DNA from: an uncultured Candidatus Moduliflexus sp.
GTDB lineage: Bacteria > Moduliflexota > Moduliflexia > Moduliflexales > Moduliflexaceae
Direction: 5' to 3'
Length of the DNA stretch: 64,000 nt
Assembly: GCA_964602655.1 (NCBI GenBank)
Contig: CAZRSF010000027.1
Location: 3,830 to 67,829 of the forward strand
The first letter of the stretch is position 1, and the number at the start of each line of letters is the position of its first letter. Below the pieces are notes generated by a model. The model worked only from the letters and a program-made list of their open reading frames with translations. It was not told the DNA's origin and did not search any database. Made by a program: the position numbers and the translations under genes. This document shows, in pieces, positions 39,364 through 49,080 of this stretch.

Positions 39364-42300
39364 TTACCGTTTCAGGCGCTTGAACTGTTTCGCCTGATGC
39401 ATGAACGCTTCCAATTTGGTGTCCGTTCCGGCGTGTTGCGTGCCGTCATAGGCAATCGAAATCATCGGAAGATTATCATGATCTTCCCGCAGTTTTTTCA
39501 GAATCGCCGTGACGATTGTGCCGGGCATACAGCCGAACGGCATGGCGTTGACAATGCCGCTGACGCGGTGATGATAATAATCAATCACTTTGCCGACGCT
39601 CAGCACGGTTTCGCCTTCGAACGACCGGTCAACGTAGGGATCGGAATAATCGAGAATCCCATTCGTCGGAGTTTCATCCAAATACTCGATCACGCCGTGA
39701 AACGGCTTGGCGAGCTTATGCTCCATCATCACCTGGACTTTGTGCTGAATCAAGCCTTTCGCCCAGTTGAAATATTGTTTGTCAACCTTCAAGTGCTGCG
39801 AGCGCGTGTGATTGGTGTAATAAATCCACTCCATCAACGGCGCTAACCAGACTCTGCCGCCGAGCGCCTCCACTTTTTCCACGAGAAAATCGTTGCAGAA
39901 CGAATGGGTGCGGACGTAAATCTCGCCGACGATGCCGATGGTCGGTTTGGGTTGCGATTTATCGGTTTTCACGGCGCGGAATTCGTCGGCGCATTCGGCG
40001 AGAGTTTTATACGGACTGTTGCCGAATTCCAAGGCATCCGACAACCGTTGTAGCGAGCGCTGATAGACCGCGTTCGTGTCGCCGCGATTGAGTTCGAACG
40101 GACGCGTATCGTACAACGCTTTATAGAGCAGATCAACACCCACCATCGCGGTCCAGGCGGACTTTGCGAAACCGCTCCCCACGGCGCCCATTTCTTTGTA
40201 AAAATTCACATCCTGATTCGGCGCAAAGACGGGAATATCAAGCCCTAATTCCTGCATCACGAGCCGATGGAACAGGTTATATTGTCCGAACCGGCACGGC
40301 CCTGTGCCCGACGGCATGAAAAACGCCGCTTTTTCCGGGTTGAAGCCCGGCTCGCGGGTTTTCTTGACCATGTCGCCGGTCGTCACGATCAACGGATAAC
40401 ACTCTTTGCCGGTGGTGAACTGCCGCCCGATTTCGACGCTGTCTTTGTCGGAAAAGCCGAACACTTCCGCCGGAATGCCCAATCCGCGCAAGCCCGCCGC
40501 AAACGCATACGAATGGTCGCCCATGTACGGAATGTACAACGTGCGCCCTTTGAGCGATGGCATTTTGTCTTCGAACGTGCGTTGATACGGCGAATACGTT
40601 CGGCCTTTGATATTTTCCAGACTGTCCAAAAACGCCTCGCAGCGGGTAATCGCTCCGGCGGGCGCACTGTGTTCGTCAATTTCGATAATCAGCGACGGTT
40701 TGTCCCCCATCACTTTCTTGAAATAGGTGGTCAGGAACGAATCCGGGCCGCAACTGAAATTCGTGATGTACAGCGCGTTCAGTTTCGGGTGATTGCGGAT
40801 CATTTTGCCCGCTTTCAGGATGCGCTGACCGTATTTCCAGTACATATTCGTCCAATCGTCGCCGATTTTTTCGGCGTGCACCGGCAGAAAATCCATCGGA
40901 ATCGCGAGGACGCCGAGGTCGCGCAGAATCGTCGGCAGGCCGAGATTGATGCCCGGATCGCAGCCGTTATAAACGCGGCTGACGATGACGACGGCGCGCT
41001 GCTGGTCGCTCAGGCTTTCCAGAATTTCCTCGCCCCGTTTCATCATGGCACTGCGGAACGCTTTCTGCGTCAGGTCAGCCACTTCTAACGCCTTTTTCAC
41101 CTGATCTGGCGTTTTCCCGAATGGTTTCGCGAATTCGATCAACGAATCCAACAACGCTTTTTGACCGCGCGTAAACGTAATGACCGGGCGCAAGAATTTG
41201 TCTTTCGGCATGTCGAGCGCGGCGCTGACCAAATACGGCGTGGTTTGCACATACGGGCAGAGGTGATAATTTTTATAATCCGGATCATCCTCCTCCATGC
41301 CGATGATGCTGGGGAAAAAGATGTGATCCACGTCGTCGCGTTCCAGTAGCGAAATCACCTGACCATGCGCGACTTTGAGCGGAAAACAGGATTCCGCGAT
41401 GGTGCCTTCGACGCCTTTGTGGATGATTTGCTTATTCGTGCGCGGCGACAAAATCACTTTGAAGCCCAATTCCGACAGCAACGCATTGAAAAACGGATAC
41501 AGCTCGTGATAATACAAAGCGCGGGGAATGCCGAAACTCGTGCCGCGTTCGACCGTCTTTTCAGGCTTGTAGAAGCCGACAAGCATCTTTTCGCGTTCGG
41601 CGAACAGATCGGGAATCATCTCGCGATTTTTGGTTTTTTCTTCGCCGTTCACGTCCCAGCGCGGGCAGCGTCCGCCGTAGTGCATCGGGTCGGAGCCTTC
41701 CACAAGCACTTCGTGAATTTCGCAGAGATTCGAGCAATGTTTGCATTCGAACGTGCGGATTTCGTATTTGCGTTTGCTCAGGTCGAAGCCCCGGAATTTG
41801 CTCGGCGGATTGCCATGCTGACGCTGATAATCCCGCGCCAGCAGCGCCACGCCGATGGCGCCGGTCACATCGTGATGTTTCGGCACGATCACCGGTTTGC
41901 CGACGACTTGCTCGAATGCGGCGACCACGCCTTTGTTCGCGGCCACGCCGCCTTGAAAGAAAATTTTGTTGCCGACGCGCCGATCTCCGACCACGCGGTT
42001 CAGATAATTTCTGACAATCGAGTAGCTCAGTCCGGCGACGAGTTCCTGCACGTTTGCGCCTTGTTGCTGATGGAACACAAGATCGGATTCCATGAACACG
42101 GTACAGCGTTCGCCGAGGCCGACCGGCAGTTCTGCGCCGAGCGCCAGATTGCCGAACTCTTCTTTGATATTGATGCCGAGCTTTTCCGCCTGTTCTTCAA
42201 GGAACGAACCGGTTCCGGCGGCGCAGGCGTGGTTCATTTCGAAATCCACGACCACGCCCTTATCAATGCCGATGTATTTGGAATCCTGCCCGCCGATTTC

Positions 42301-43590
42301 GAAAATCGTGTCCACTTCCGGGTCAATATGCACGGCAGCCCGCGCCTGCGCCGTGATTTCGTTGCGCACCACATCCGCGCCGACGAAATCGCCGGTCAGA
42401 TAGCGGCCTGAGCCGGTCGTCGCGACGCCGAGAATATCCACGATGTCCGCGACTTCTTCGCCGACTTCTTCGATGCCATGCCGCACCGCTTCAATCGGGC
42501 GTCCGGCGGTCATCAGATAACGGCGCGAGAGGACATTGCCTTCGGCGTCAATCACCACGACATTCGTGCTGATCGAGCCGACATCCACGCCCATGTAGGC
42601 CGGAATGCGCGTCATTCCGTCTTTTTTCGGCGTCACCGTTCCCGCACCGATATAATGGCGTTTCGTCGGGTCGCCTTCGAATTTCAACGGCGCGAGCCGC
42701 GTCGCTTCGATAGAACGACCGTTGACATACGCTTCGAAGCGTTCGATGCCGGTAAAGCGGCTCGGCGTCTGTTTGTCCAAGACCTCCAAAATCGCGCCAA
42801 GCGCACCCATGCAGGCGGAATATTGCGGAATAATCAATTCCCCTTCCTGCAATTCGAGAATATCTTCGAACGCCCTGACGACGCCTTTGTTCCAGGCCAC
42901 GCCGCCGTGAAAGGCAATCGGTTTGGCGAATTCTTTGCCTTTGCCGAGATTGCTTTTGTAATTGCGCGCCATGGCGTAGCAGAGTCCGGCCACGATGTCG
43001 AAATCCGGCGTGGCGATCTGCTGCAAATGAATCATGTCCGATTTCGCGAACACAGAACAGCGTCCGGCGACGCGCGGCGGGTGGACGGATTTCAACGCCA
43101 TCTCGCCGAATTCGCCGTCAATCGCGATGCCTAAACGGCTGGCCTGCTGGTCGAGGAACGAACCGGTTCCGGCGGCGCAGACGGAGTTCATGGCGAAATC
43201 TTCCAGCGCCAATTCCTTGCTGTTCGGGTCTTCCATCAGCCGGATCAGTTTGGAATCCGCGCCGCCGATTTCGATGACGGTGCGGACTTCGGGATGCAAA
43301 AACGTGGTCGCTTTGGTTTGCGACACGATTTCGTTGATACAGACGGCGTCAATCGCTTTGGCGATTTCTTTGCCGCCTGCGCCGGTAAAGGCGATCTGCG
43401 CAATGCGCTCCGCGCCGAATTCCAGCACAATGCTTTTCAGCGCGTCCAGCGTGGTTTCGACCGGTCTGCCTTTATGCCGGATGTACGCGTGATGCAAAAT
43501 TTCATAATCGTCGTTGACCGAGACCACGTCAACGCTGACCGAACCAATATCAATTCCGAGATGAATCGGAGAAAGTTTTCGAGTTTCCAT
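39364..43590 (-). CDS. Giant fusion protein: two BadF/BadG/BcrA/BcrD-type activase ATPase domains plus 2-hydroxyacyl-CoA dehydratase (HgdB-like) domains
   Basis: Two acetate/sugar-kinase-fold ATPase modules (LGIDIGSVSVD... and MGVDVGSISTN...). C-terminal dehydratase-like region. About 1409 aa from METRKLSP with an AAGGAG RBS. Confidence 0.85.
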   Translation of the reverse strand: METRKLSPIHLGIDIGSVSVDVVSVNDDYEILHHAYIRHKGRPVETTLDALKSIVLEFGAERIAQIAFTGAGGKEIAKAIDAVCINEIVSQTKATTFLHPEVRTVIEIGGADSKLIRLMEDPNSKELALEDFAMNSVCAAGTGSFLDQQASRLGIAIDGEFGEMALKSVHPPRVAGRCSVFAKSDMIHLQQIATPDFDIVAGLCYAMARNYKSNLGKGKEFAKPIAFHGGVAWNKGVVRAFEDILELQEGELIIPQYSACMGALGAILEVLDKQTPSRFTGIERFEAYVNGRSIEATRLAPLKFEGDPTKRHYIGAGTVTPKKDGMTRIPAYMGVDVGSISTNVVVIDAEGNVLSRRYLMTAGRPIEAVRHGIEEVGEEVADIVDILGVATTGSGRYLTGDFVGADVVRNEITAQARAAVHIDPEVDTIFEIGGQDSKYIGIDKGVVVDFEMNHACAAGTGSFLEEQAEKLGINIKEEFGNLALGAELPVGLGERCTVFMESDLVFHQQQGANVQELVAGLSYSIVRNYLNRVVGDRRVGNKIFFQGGVAANKGVVAAFEQVVGKPVIVPKHHDVTGAIGVALLARDYQRQHGNPPSKFRGFDLSKRKYEIRTFECKHCSNLCEIHEVLVEGSDPMHYGGRCPRWDVNGEEKTKNREMIPDLFAEREKMLVGFYKPEKTVERGTSFGIPRALYYHELYPFFNALLSELGFKVILSPRTNKQIIHKGVEGTIAESCFPLKVAHGQVISLLERDDVDHIFFPSIIGMEEDDPDYKNYHLCPYVQTTPYLVSAALDMPKDKFLRPVITFTRGQKALLDSLIEFAKPFGKTPDQVKKALEVADLTQKAFRSAMMKRGEEILESLSDQQRAVVIVSRVYNGCDPGINLGLPTILRDLGVLAIPMDFLPVHAEKIGDDWTNMYWKYGQRILKAGKMIRNHPKLNALYITNFSCGPDSFLTTYFKKVMGDKPSLIIEIDEHSAPAGAITRCEAFLDSLENIKGRTYSPYQRTFEDKMPSLKGRTLYIPYMGDHSYAFAAGLRGLGIPAEVFGFSDKDSVEIGRQFTTGKECYPLIVTTGDMVKKTREPGFNPEKAAFFMPSGTGPCRFGQYNLFHRLVMQELGLDIPVFAPNQDVNFYKEMGAVGSGFAKSAWTAMVGVDLLYKALYDTRPFELNRGDTNAVYQRSLQRLSDALEFGNSPYKTLAECADEFRAVKTDKSQPKPTIGIVGEIYVRTHSFCNDFLVEKVEALGGRVWLAPLMEWIYYTNHTRSQHLKVDKQYFNWAKGLIQHKVQVMMEHKLAKPFHGVIEYLDETPTNGILDYSDPYVDRSFEGETVLSVGKVIDYYHHRVSGIVNAMPFGCMPGTIVTAILKKLREDHDNLPMISIAYDGTQHAGTDTKLEAFMHQAKQFKRLKR

Positions 43591-43803
43591 AGATGATGCT
43601 CCTTGTTCGAGACGGCTCGCGGAAGACGCCATCTTCCGCGACGCGCTCGCGACAGTAAACGTTTCACAGGCGATCCTGTGACAGCGTTTCCCGAAAACGC
43701 GCTGTTTTCGGGCGGTTATAACTACCGGGAACATCTTCGAGAGGCGAGAGCTTTGTCAAGCAAAAAAGCGGATTGAGTATTGACGCAGAGGGTTGAGGAG
43801 ATC

Positions 43804-43959
43804 GCTGTCAAACACGTTCGAAGTGTCTGACAGCTTTTTTCGGAGCGCTAAGACGCGTGCGTGTTTTGCAGGATTTTTCTCTCGGCAAGTGAAGAGACTT
43901 CTGAGATGTCCATTCAAGCATGAAAAAGCTGTCAGACACTTTTGAAAGTGTCTGACAGC
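43804..43959. repeat. Two family A variants (GCTGTCAAACACGTTCGAAGTGTCTGACAGC and GCTGTCAGACACTTTTGAAAGTGTCTGACAGC)
   Basis: A pair of related palindromes bounding the low-GC five-gene operon on its downstream side. Confidence 0.7.
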
Positions 43960-44009
43960 TATGGTCTTAGTTCAACCGAATACGCGGGTCTAAGTAAGCG
44001 TACAGCGGG

Positions 44010-44135
44010 TCAACGCACAAATTCGCGATGAATCCCGGCCAGCGTGCCGAGCCAGATGCCGGTCAGAATAATCAGAGGCGACGAAAAGAGATTCAGTTCC
44101 AACGCCATCACGATCAACGCACTCCACAGTTTCAT
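44010..44135 (-). CDS. 41-aa single-TM peptide translationally coupled to the PIN toxin gene
   Basis: TAATG stop/start overlap with the PIN gene. AGGAGGGG 5 nt upstream of the ATG. Sequence MKLWSALIVMALELNLFSSPLIILTGIWLGTLAGIHREFVR. Confidence 0.4.
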   Translation of the reverse strand: MKLWSALIVMALELNLFSSPLIILTGIWLGTLAGIHREFVR

Positions 44136-44575
44136 TATTCCCCTCCTACAATGACTGTGATTTCTTTAAATTTTTGAAAATCGTCAACATTCTTCGTCAG
44201 CAGGCAAGAGATCGCATGTACCAGCATGGTCGCCGCGATATTGGCATCATGAATCCGTTTTCCCTTGAGTTGATATGCGCTTAACAATTCCTGAAGTTTG
44301 TCCGTTACCTCAGCCGTCTCATCCAAGACCGTAAAGAGGTTTTGCCATTTTTTAATGTCCTCAACAACCTCATCCGGCGTCAATGGTTCTGCGACGATAC
44401 CGGGACGGGTCATAATTACGGCATATTCGCGTAGCACTTGCCGCGAAATATACATATCATACTCCTCGGTTAACGTTGTGAATTGCGTTAACACCGGAGC
44501 ATGAAATGCTGACGACTCATTCGATAGATACACCAGGATATTCGTATCTATAAAAAGCTTATCGCGCGTCGTCAT
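44135..44575 (-). CDS. PIN-domain ribonuclease toxin (VapC-like)
   Basis: DKLFIDTNILVYL PIN N-terminal acidic motif. Start trimmed to MTTRDK. Confidence 0.75.
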   Translation of the reverse strand: MTTRDKLFIDTNILVYLSNESSAFHAPVLTQFTTLTEEYDMYISRQVLREYAVIMTRPGIVAEPLTPDEVVEDIKKWQNLFTVLDETAEVTDKLQELLSAYQLKGKRIHDANIAATMLVHAISCLLTKNVDDFQKFKEITVIVGGE

Positions 44576-44819
44576 AAATCTCCTCACGCCGCAACGATGA
44601 GTACACCTCGCCGCAACGATGTCTGGGCAGTTGCGCCGCAAGCGTGGCGGGTGTTGCCGTTGCTGGTGTGCGCTTTACCTCTGTCACCCCAGGATGTCGC
44701 CACGGCGCGTCCCGTTTGACATGCAAAAATTGAATGAAATCCAACACTTCCGCTAAGGTGTCTGTCGAACACTGCCGGATTTCCTGGACAATGCTGTGTT
44801 CAAGTTCTATTCTCGTCAT
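44559..44819 (-). CDS. DUF2281-like antitoxin partner of the PIN toxin
   Basis: 86 aa. LAEVLDFIQFL motif. Overlaps the PIN start by 17 nt. Confidence 0.6.
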   Translation of the reverse strand: MTRIELEHSIVQEIRQCSTDTLAEVLDFIQFLHVKRDAPWRHPGVTEVKRTPATATPATLAAQLPRHRCGEVYSSLRREEIYDDAR

Positions 44820-44860
44820 AAAACTACCCTGCCCTTTATACTCTCTTTATTGTTTCTATG

Positions 44861-45994
44861 TTAAGCCGAAGCGTTGACGATATCAATAAACCATTCAAAG
44901 ACCTCTATAAATTGCCTCATGATAACAGGTGATGTAAAGACAGAAAGTGCGATGCCAGGACGTTTTGTGATATTTTCTTCGGAAATATGGATTCCTTTAA
45001 TCGCGTTGAGTTTTGCTAAAAGCTGTAAGCGAGCCTCTTCACTTTCAAATGGCGGTTTGTATGCGTACCAATAAAAATAAATTTCAACAGTTCCAGATGT
45101 CCACACAGCAAATAATTGATGATCTCGTTGGTTATGGGTGATGATTGGGACAAATGATCCAAGACGTTTTCCTGTTCCCCAATAAATCCTTGTTGCAGAC
45201 TGCTTCGCCCATGCTAATATCTGTTGAACTGCTTGTATTTCAATCGAGCTATTCCGTTTTTGTAACTCTTCGAAATAGGTCATTTCATCCCATTGTCGCT
45301 TAGGACTTTTCCCTGATTTTTTCTGTTGGGCTTCAGCAACCTGACCCATTACACGAGGAACTAAGCATTTTAACCCTTGGCCGGTATATTGTGGGATTTC
45401 TATAGCAAGAACTTCAGCAGGATCCATTTGTCGATTTAAAAATTCGACAATCCTTCGAAGTTCATCAGGGATATGATCAGCTAAAAATATCAGCCGAATT
45501 CTCCCCGCCTGAAGGTTCGTTTTAACATTTTGCCAATACTCGTCAATATCAATTGCTGCCTCTAAAAAGGTTTCGAGGATAACATTCGGATCGCAGTTGT
45601 GTGTTTGGCATTGCAGTTCAAATTGTGTTTTAATGACGTCAACAGACCAATATACGGTTGCATTCGCTGCATAATCAAGCATTTGTCCGACAACCTGTCG
45701 TCTGATTCTTGAATCATCGCTTCGTTTCACCTCAACAAGTGTCGGAATGGCATCTTGATCCAGAAAAAGATGATCTAACGACCACCGATTCGCTCCCTCC
45801 TCTTCACCCGGTATTCCTACTTCTCTTGCAATGAACAGCCATCGTCTCGGTGAAGACTGGTTAATTTGATCTCCTGCTAATAAATCAGGGTATTTTGCTA
45901 ATATCTCTTGTAGAAGTTGTTCAGAATCATACGCTTCTTCTGTCATTTTTATCAGGTCTTCATTACTTTGAAGTAAGTAAATACCAGCACTCAT
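44861..45994 (-). CDS. Hypothetical protein with a PD-(D/E)xK nuclease-like core (NucS/DUF4263-like signature)
   Basis: SLDHLFLDQDAIPTLVEVKR...RRQVVGQMLDYAAN matches the D-x(n)-E-x-K plus QxxxY pattern of restriction-endonuclease-fold families. Low GC. AGGAGG RBS. 377 aa. Confidence 0.65.
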   Translation of the reverse strand: MSAGIYLLQSNEDLIKMTEEAYDSEQLLQEILAKYPDLLAGDQINQSSPRRWLFIAREVGIPGEEEGANRWSLDHLFLDQDAIPTLVEVKRSDDSRIRRQVVGQMLDYAANATVYWSVDVIKTQFELQCQTHNCDPNVILETFLEAAIDIDEYWQNVKTNLQAGRIRLIFLADHIPDELRRIVEFLNRQMDPAEVLAIEIPQYTGQGLKCLVPRVMGQVAEAQQKKSGKSPKRQWDEMTYFEELQKRNSSIEIQAVQQILAWAKQSATRIYWGTGKRLGSFVPIITHNQRDHQLFAVWTSGTVEIYFYWYAYKPPFESEEARLQLLAKLNAIKGIHISEENITKRPGIALSVFTSPVIMRQFIEVFEWFIDIVNASA

Positions 45995-46003
45995 CTTTCC
46001 CTC

Positions 46004-46429
46004 CTATGACTTGCGCGTTGCACTCAATTTCCGCAGCGCGGCCTGTTTCAATTTCGGGAGCAAATAGGGGGCTTTGTCTTTGATATCGCCGAACGTCCAT
46101 TCCAAAATCGAGGTTGATTCGATGGCGATGACGTCTGCCGTGCGTTTGTTGTAGATGCCGATGATGCCGATTTCACCGAGGATTTCGCTGCTTTTGACGA
46201 TGGCTAACTCTAACCCGTTCGCTCCGATGATTTTCATTTTCCCAAAGATAATAATGCAAAACGTATCGTTGGCTTCCGCTCCTTTGTGATAGAGAACATC
46301 ACCCTGGTTCAGCAGTTTTGTCTTGGCCTGGCCGATCAAATAATCCAATCGGAGATCATCGAGATCGCTGAATAACACATTCTGCCGCAAGACCTTTTTC
46401 ATCAGCCAGAGTTTCGCGTCAAGTTCCAT
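46004..46429 (-). CDS. Stand-alone cyclic-nucleotide-binding (CAP_ED) domain protein
   Basis: 141 aa. GEIGIIG and RTADVIAIE (phosphate-binding cassette) motifs. No HTH or effector domain. Its stop codon sits inside the RBS of the next gene. Confidence 0.8.
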   Translation of the reverse strand: MELDAKLWLMKKVLRQNVLFSDLDDLRLDYLIGQAKTKLLNQGDVLYHKGAEANDTFCIIIFGKMKIIGANGLELAIVKSSEILGEIGIIGIYNKRTADVIAIESTSILEWTFGDIKDKAPYLLPKLKQAALRKLSATRKS

Positions 46430-46675
46430 GAATTTTTATGAAAAACTCCCGTGACCGATCTGCATTCCATCACGGGAAATCGCATCTGTTCCAAAGTGTC
46501 ATTGTTTCGCTTCGATCATATCCATCCCCCATGTACATGTAGGACGAAATTTTTTTCGTCCACTCGTCCGCCTGTTCATGCGGCGCGTGTGTCGAAATGC
46601 AATTTCGACAGACAAGACTCCTTCCGAATAGACAAAATATTATGGCGAGATTCAGGAACTGTCAAGAATAAAGTT

Positions 46676-47938
46676 TTACCGGGATCGTTCTTCTCCCAGA
46701 ACATAGACAAACAGACCACTTCGGAGTTTCGGCTCGAACCAGGTAGATTTCGGCGGCATGATTTTGCCCGCGTCCGCGACCGCCATGACCTCGCGAATGC
46801 CGGTCGGAAACAGGGCGAATGCTACTGCCATATCGCGCGCCACGCGCCGTTCCAATTCACGCAACCCGCGAATGCCGCCGACAAAATCAATGCGCTGATC
46901 GGTTTTAGGGTCGCGAATCCCTAAAATCGGCGACAGGAGGTTGGTTTGCAGAATCGAGACATCCAGGCGTTCGATCACATTCGTGTCGTCGAACGTGCCC
47001 GGTTTCGCCGTCAGTTCATACCATCGCCCGTCCAGATACATGCCGAACGCATGAGATTCGGTTGGGGCATACGGTTCATTCGTCAGACATGCTTCAATCG
47101 TAAATTTTTCAGAGACAGCGTTCGAAAATTCTTCGGAAGAGAGGCCGTTCAGGTCGCGCACCACGCGGTTGTAATCCATCACGCAGAGGTGCGTATCCGG
47201 CACAAGCACGGCGAGAAAATAATTGAACGGCTCATCGCCGGTGTAGTCGGGGAACTGCGCCCGCCGCATCTGTCCGACTTTGACGGCGGACGCGGTGCGA
47301 TGATGCCCGTCGGCGACGTAGAGCGATTCGATGCCACCGAACAATTCTGTCAAATCGGAAATCGTCTGAATATCGTCAATGCTCCAGACGACATGCTGAA
47401 TATCGTCCTCGGTGAGAAAATCGTTGACCGGCTCATGCTCGCGCATCCAATCCTCTAAGATCGCATTGACGCGATCCTGCGCCCGATACGTCAGAAAGAC
47501 GAGACCGGTGTTGGCGTTGCAGACATCCACATAATTGATGCGGTCGAGTTCTTTATCCGCCCGCGTCAATTCATGCACTTTGATCGTTCCGGAGAGATAG
47601 TCGTCAATCGCGGCGCAGACGACGAGGCCGACCTGCGAGCGTCCGCGCATCACTTCTTTGTAAATATAGAAGTGCGGCGCGGCTTCGCGAACGAACGTCC
47701 CGTCGTCAATCATCTGATGCAGCCGATGTTTGGCCTGTTCATAGACACGCGGATCGTGCGGGTCAATGTCCGGCGGCAAATCCACTTCGGCGCGATTCAC
47801 GCGCAGAAACGAATACGGATTGGCAGTGGTAATGGCTCTGGCTTCCTCGGTATTGACGACATCATACGGAAGCGCGGCCACGCGTGGCGCCATGTCCGGC
47901 GTCGGGCGATACGGTCTGAACGGTCGAATTATTGCCAT
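46676..47938 (-). CDS. DUF1015 family protein
   Basis: MAIIRPFRPYRPTPDMAPRVAALPYDVVNTEEAR N-terminus, characteristic of DUF1015. 420 aa. Confidence 0.8.
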   Translation of the reverse strand: MAIIRPFRPYRPTPDMAPRVAALPYDVVNTEEARAITTANPYSFLRVNRAEVDLPPDIDPHDPRVYEQAKHRLHQMIDDGTFVREAAPHFYIYKEVMRGRSQVGLVVCAAIDDYLSGTIKVHELTRADKELDRINYVDVCNANTGLVFLTYRAQDRVNAILEDWMREHEPVNDFLTEDDIQHVVWSIDDIQTISDLTELFGGIESLYVADGHHRTASAVKVGQMRRAQFPDYTGDEPFNYFLAVLVPDTHLCVMDYNRVVRDLNGLSSEEFSNAVSEKFTIEACLTNEPYAPTESHAFGMYLDGRWYELTAKPGTFDDTNVIERLDVSILQTNLLSPILGIRDPKTDQRIDFVGGIRGLRELERRVARDMAVAFALFPTGIREVMAVADAGKIMPPKSTWFEPKLRSGLFVYVLGEERSR

Positions 47939-48006
47939 ATAAACACAATCGGCAGGAAGAGCGATACTCCCGGCTCCTCCTGCCGATCATTCCATAAAAA
48001 AATTGA

Positions 48007-49080
48007 TTAAAGTCCTAAAATCCGGTTGATATGGCCGAGCAGTTCATCCACTTCGGCCAGCGTGCAATCCGCCATGTGCGCGATGCGGAACGTTTTTTCT
48101 TTCAGCGAGCCGTAACCGTTCGCGAGCGTCAGGCCGACTTCGCCGAGTTGTTTGTTCAGATCGCCGACATTGATGCCGCGCGTATTTTTGATCACGGTCA
48201 ATGTATTCGAAAGATAACGTTCATCCGCAAAGAGGTCGAAATAGGTTTTCGCCCATTCCCGCACTCGCTTCGCCATCTGCAAATGCCGCGCAAAACGGTT
48301 TTCCAGCCCTTCCTCGTCAATGATGCGATGCAATTGATATTGCAGCGCGTACATGTGCGATAACGACGGCGTTGACGGATACTGATAGTCTTTCTTTTGA
48401 ATGTAATTGTAGAGTTCCAATAAATCAAGGTAATAGCCCCGGAACGGCACCTGTTTTGCGGCGTTTACCGCTTTTTCGGACATCGAGCAGAGCGCCATGC
48501 CTGGCGGCAGTCCGATACATTTTTGCGTTGAGGTGATGCAGATGTCCACGCCGAGCGCGTCCACGTCAATTTTCGTGCCGCCCATCGAACTGACCGTATC
48601 CATGCACCAGATCACGTCAGGATATTTTTTCATCACGTCGGCAATCGCTTCGACCGGGCACATTACGCCGGACGAGGTTTCGTTATGCGTAATCGTGATC
48701 AGGTCATATTTGCCGGTCGCCAGGGCGTTATCCACCATCTCAGGCGTCGTGGCCTGACCTTCTTCGGTTTTGACTTTATCGGCAGGCACGTTGTTGCCCT
48801 GCGCCATTTCATACCAGCGATCCCCGAATGCGCCGATAGCAAAGACCAATGCGCGTTTGCGCGTGCATGAGCGCACTGAACCTTCCATCAACCCGCTGCC
48901 GGATGTGGTGGAAAGAATAATTTGATTTTTCGTGTAAAACATTTTCTGCGCGAGTTCGCTGATGTCGCGCTGTAACGCCGAAGCATCTTTCGAACGGTGG
49001 CCGATCATCGGTGTTGCCATTTTTTGCAGCACATCTTCGCGCACTTCGACCGGGCCGGGAATGAATAATTTTTTCCGCAT
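48007..49080 (-). CDS. Class V aminotransferase (serine-glyoxylate/phosphoserine aminotransferase family)
   Basis: MRKKLFIPGPVEV start with an AGGAGG RBS. PLP-fold class V architecture. About 357 aa. Confidence 0.85.
   Translation of the reverse strand: MRKKLFIPGPVEVREDVLQKMATPMIGHRSKDASALQRDISELAQKMFYTKNQIILSTTSGSGLMEGSVRSCTRKRALVFAIGAFGDRWYEMAQGNNVPADKVKTEEGQATTPEMVDNALATGKYDLITITHNETSSGVMCPVEAIADVMKKYPDVIWCMDTVSSMGGTKIDVDALGVDICITSTQKCIGLPPGMALCSMSEKAVNAAKQVPFRGYYLDLLELYNYIQKKDYQYPSTPSLSHMYALQYQLHRIIDEEGLENRFARHLQMAKRVREWAKTYFDLFADERYLSNTLTVIKNTRGINVGDLNKQLGEVGLTLANGYGSLKEKTFRIAHMADCTLAEVDELLGHINRILGL

Noticed and set aside
43591-43734. Upstream extension of the giant dehydratase-like ORF
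   Set aside because: There is no RBS at 43734. A good AAGGAG precedes the internal METRKLSP start at 43590.
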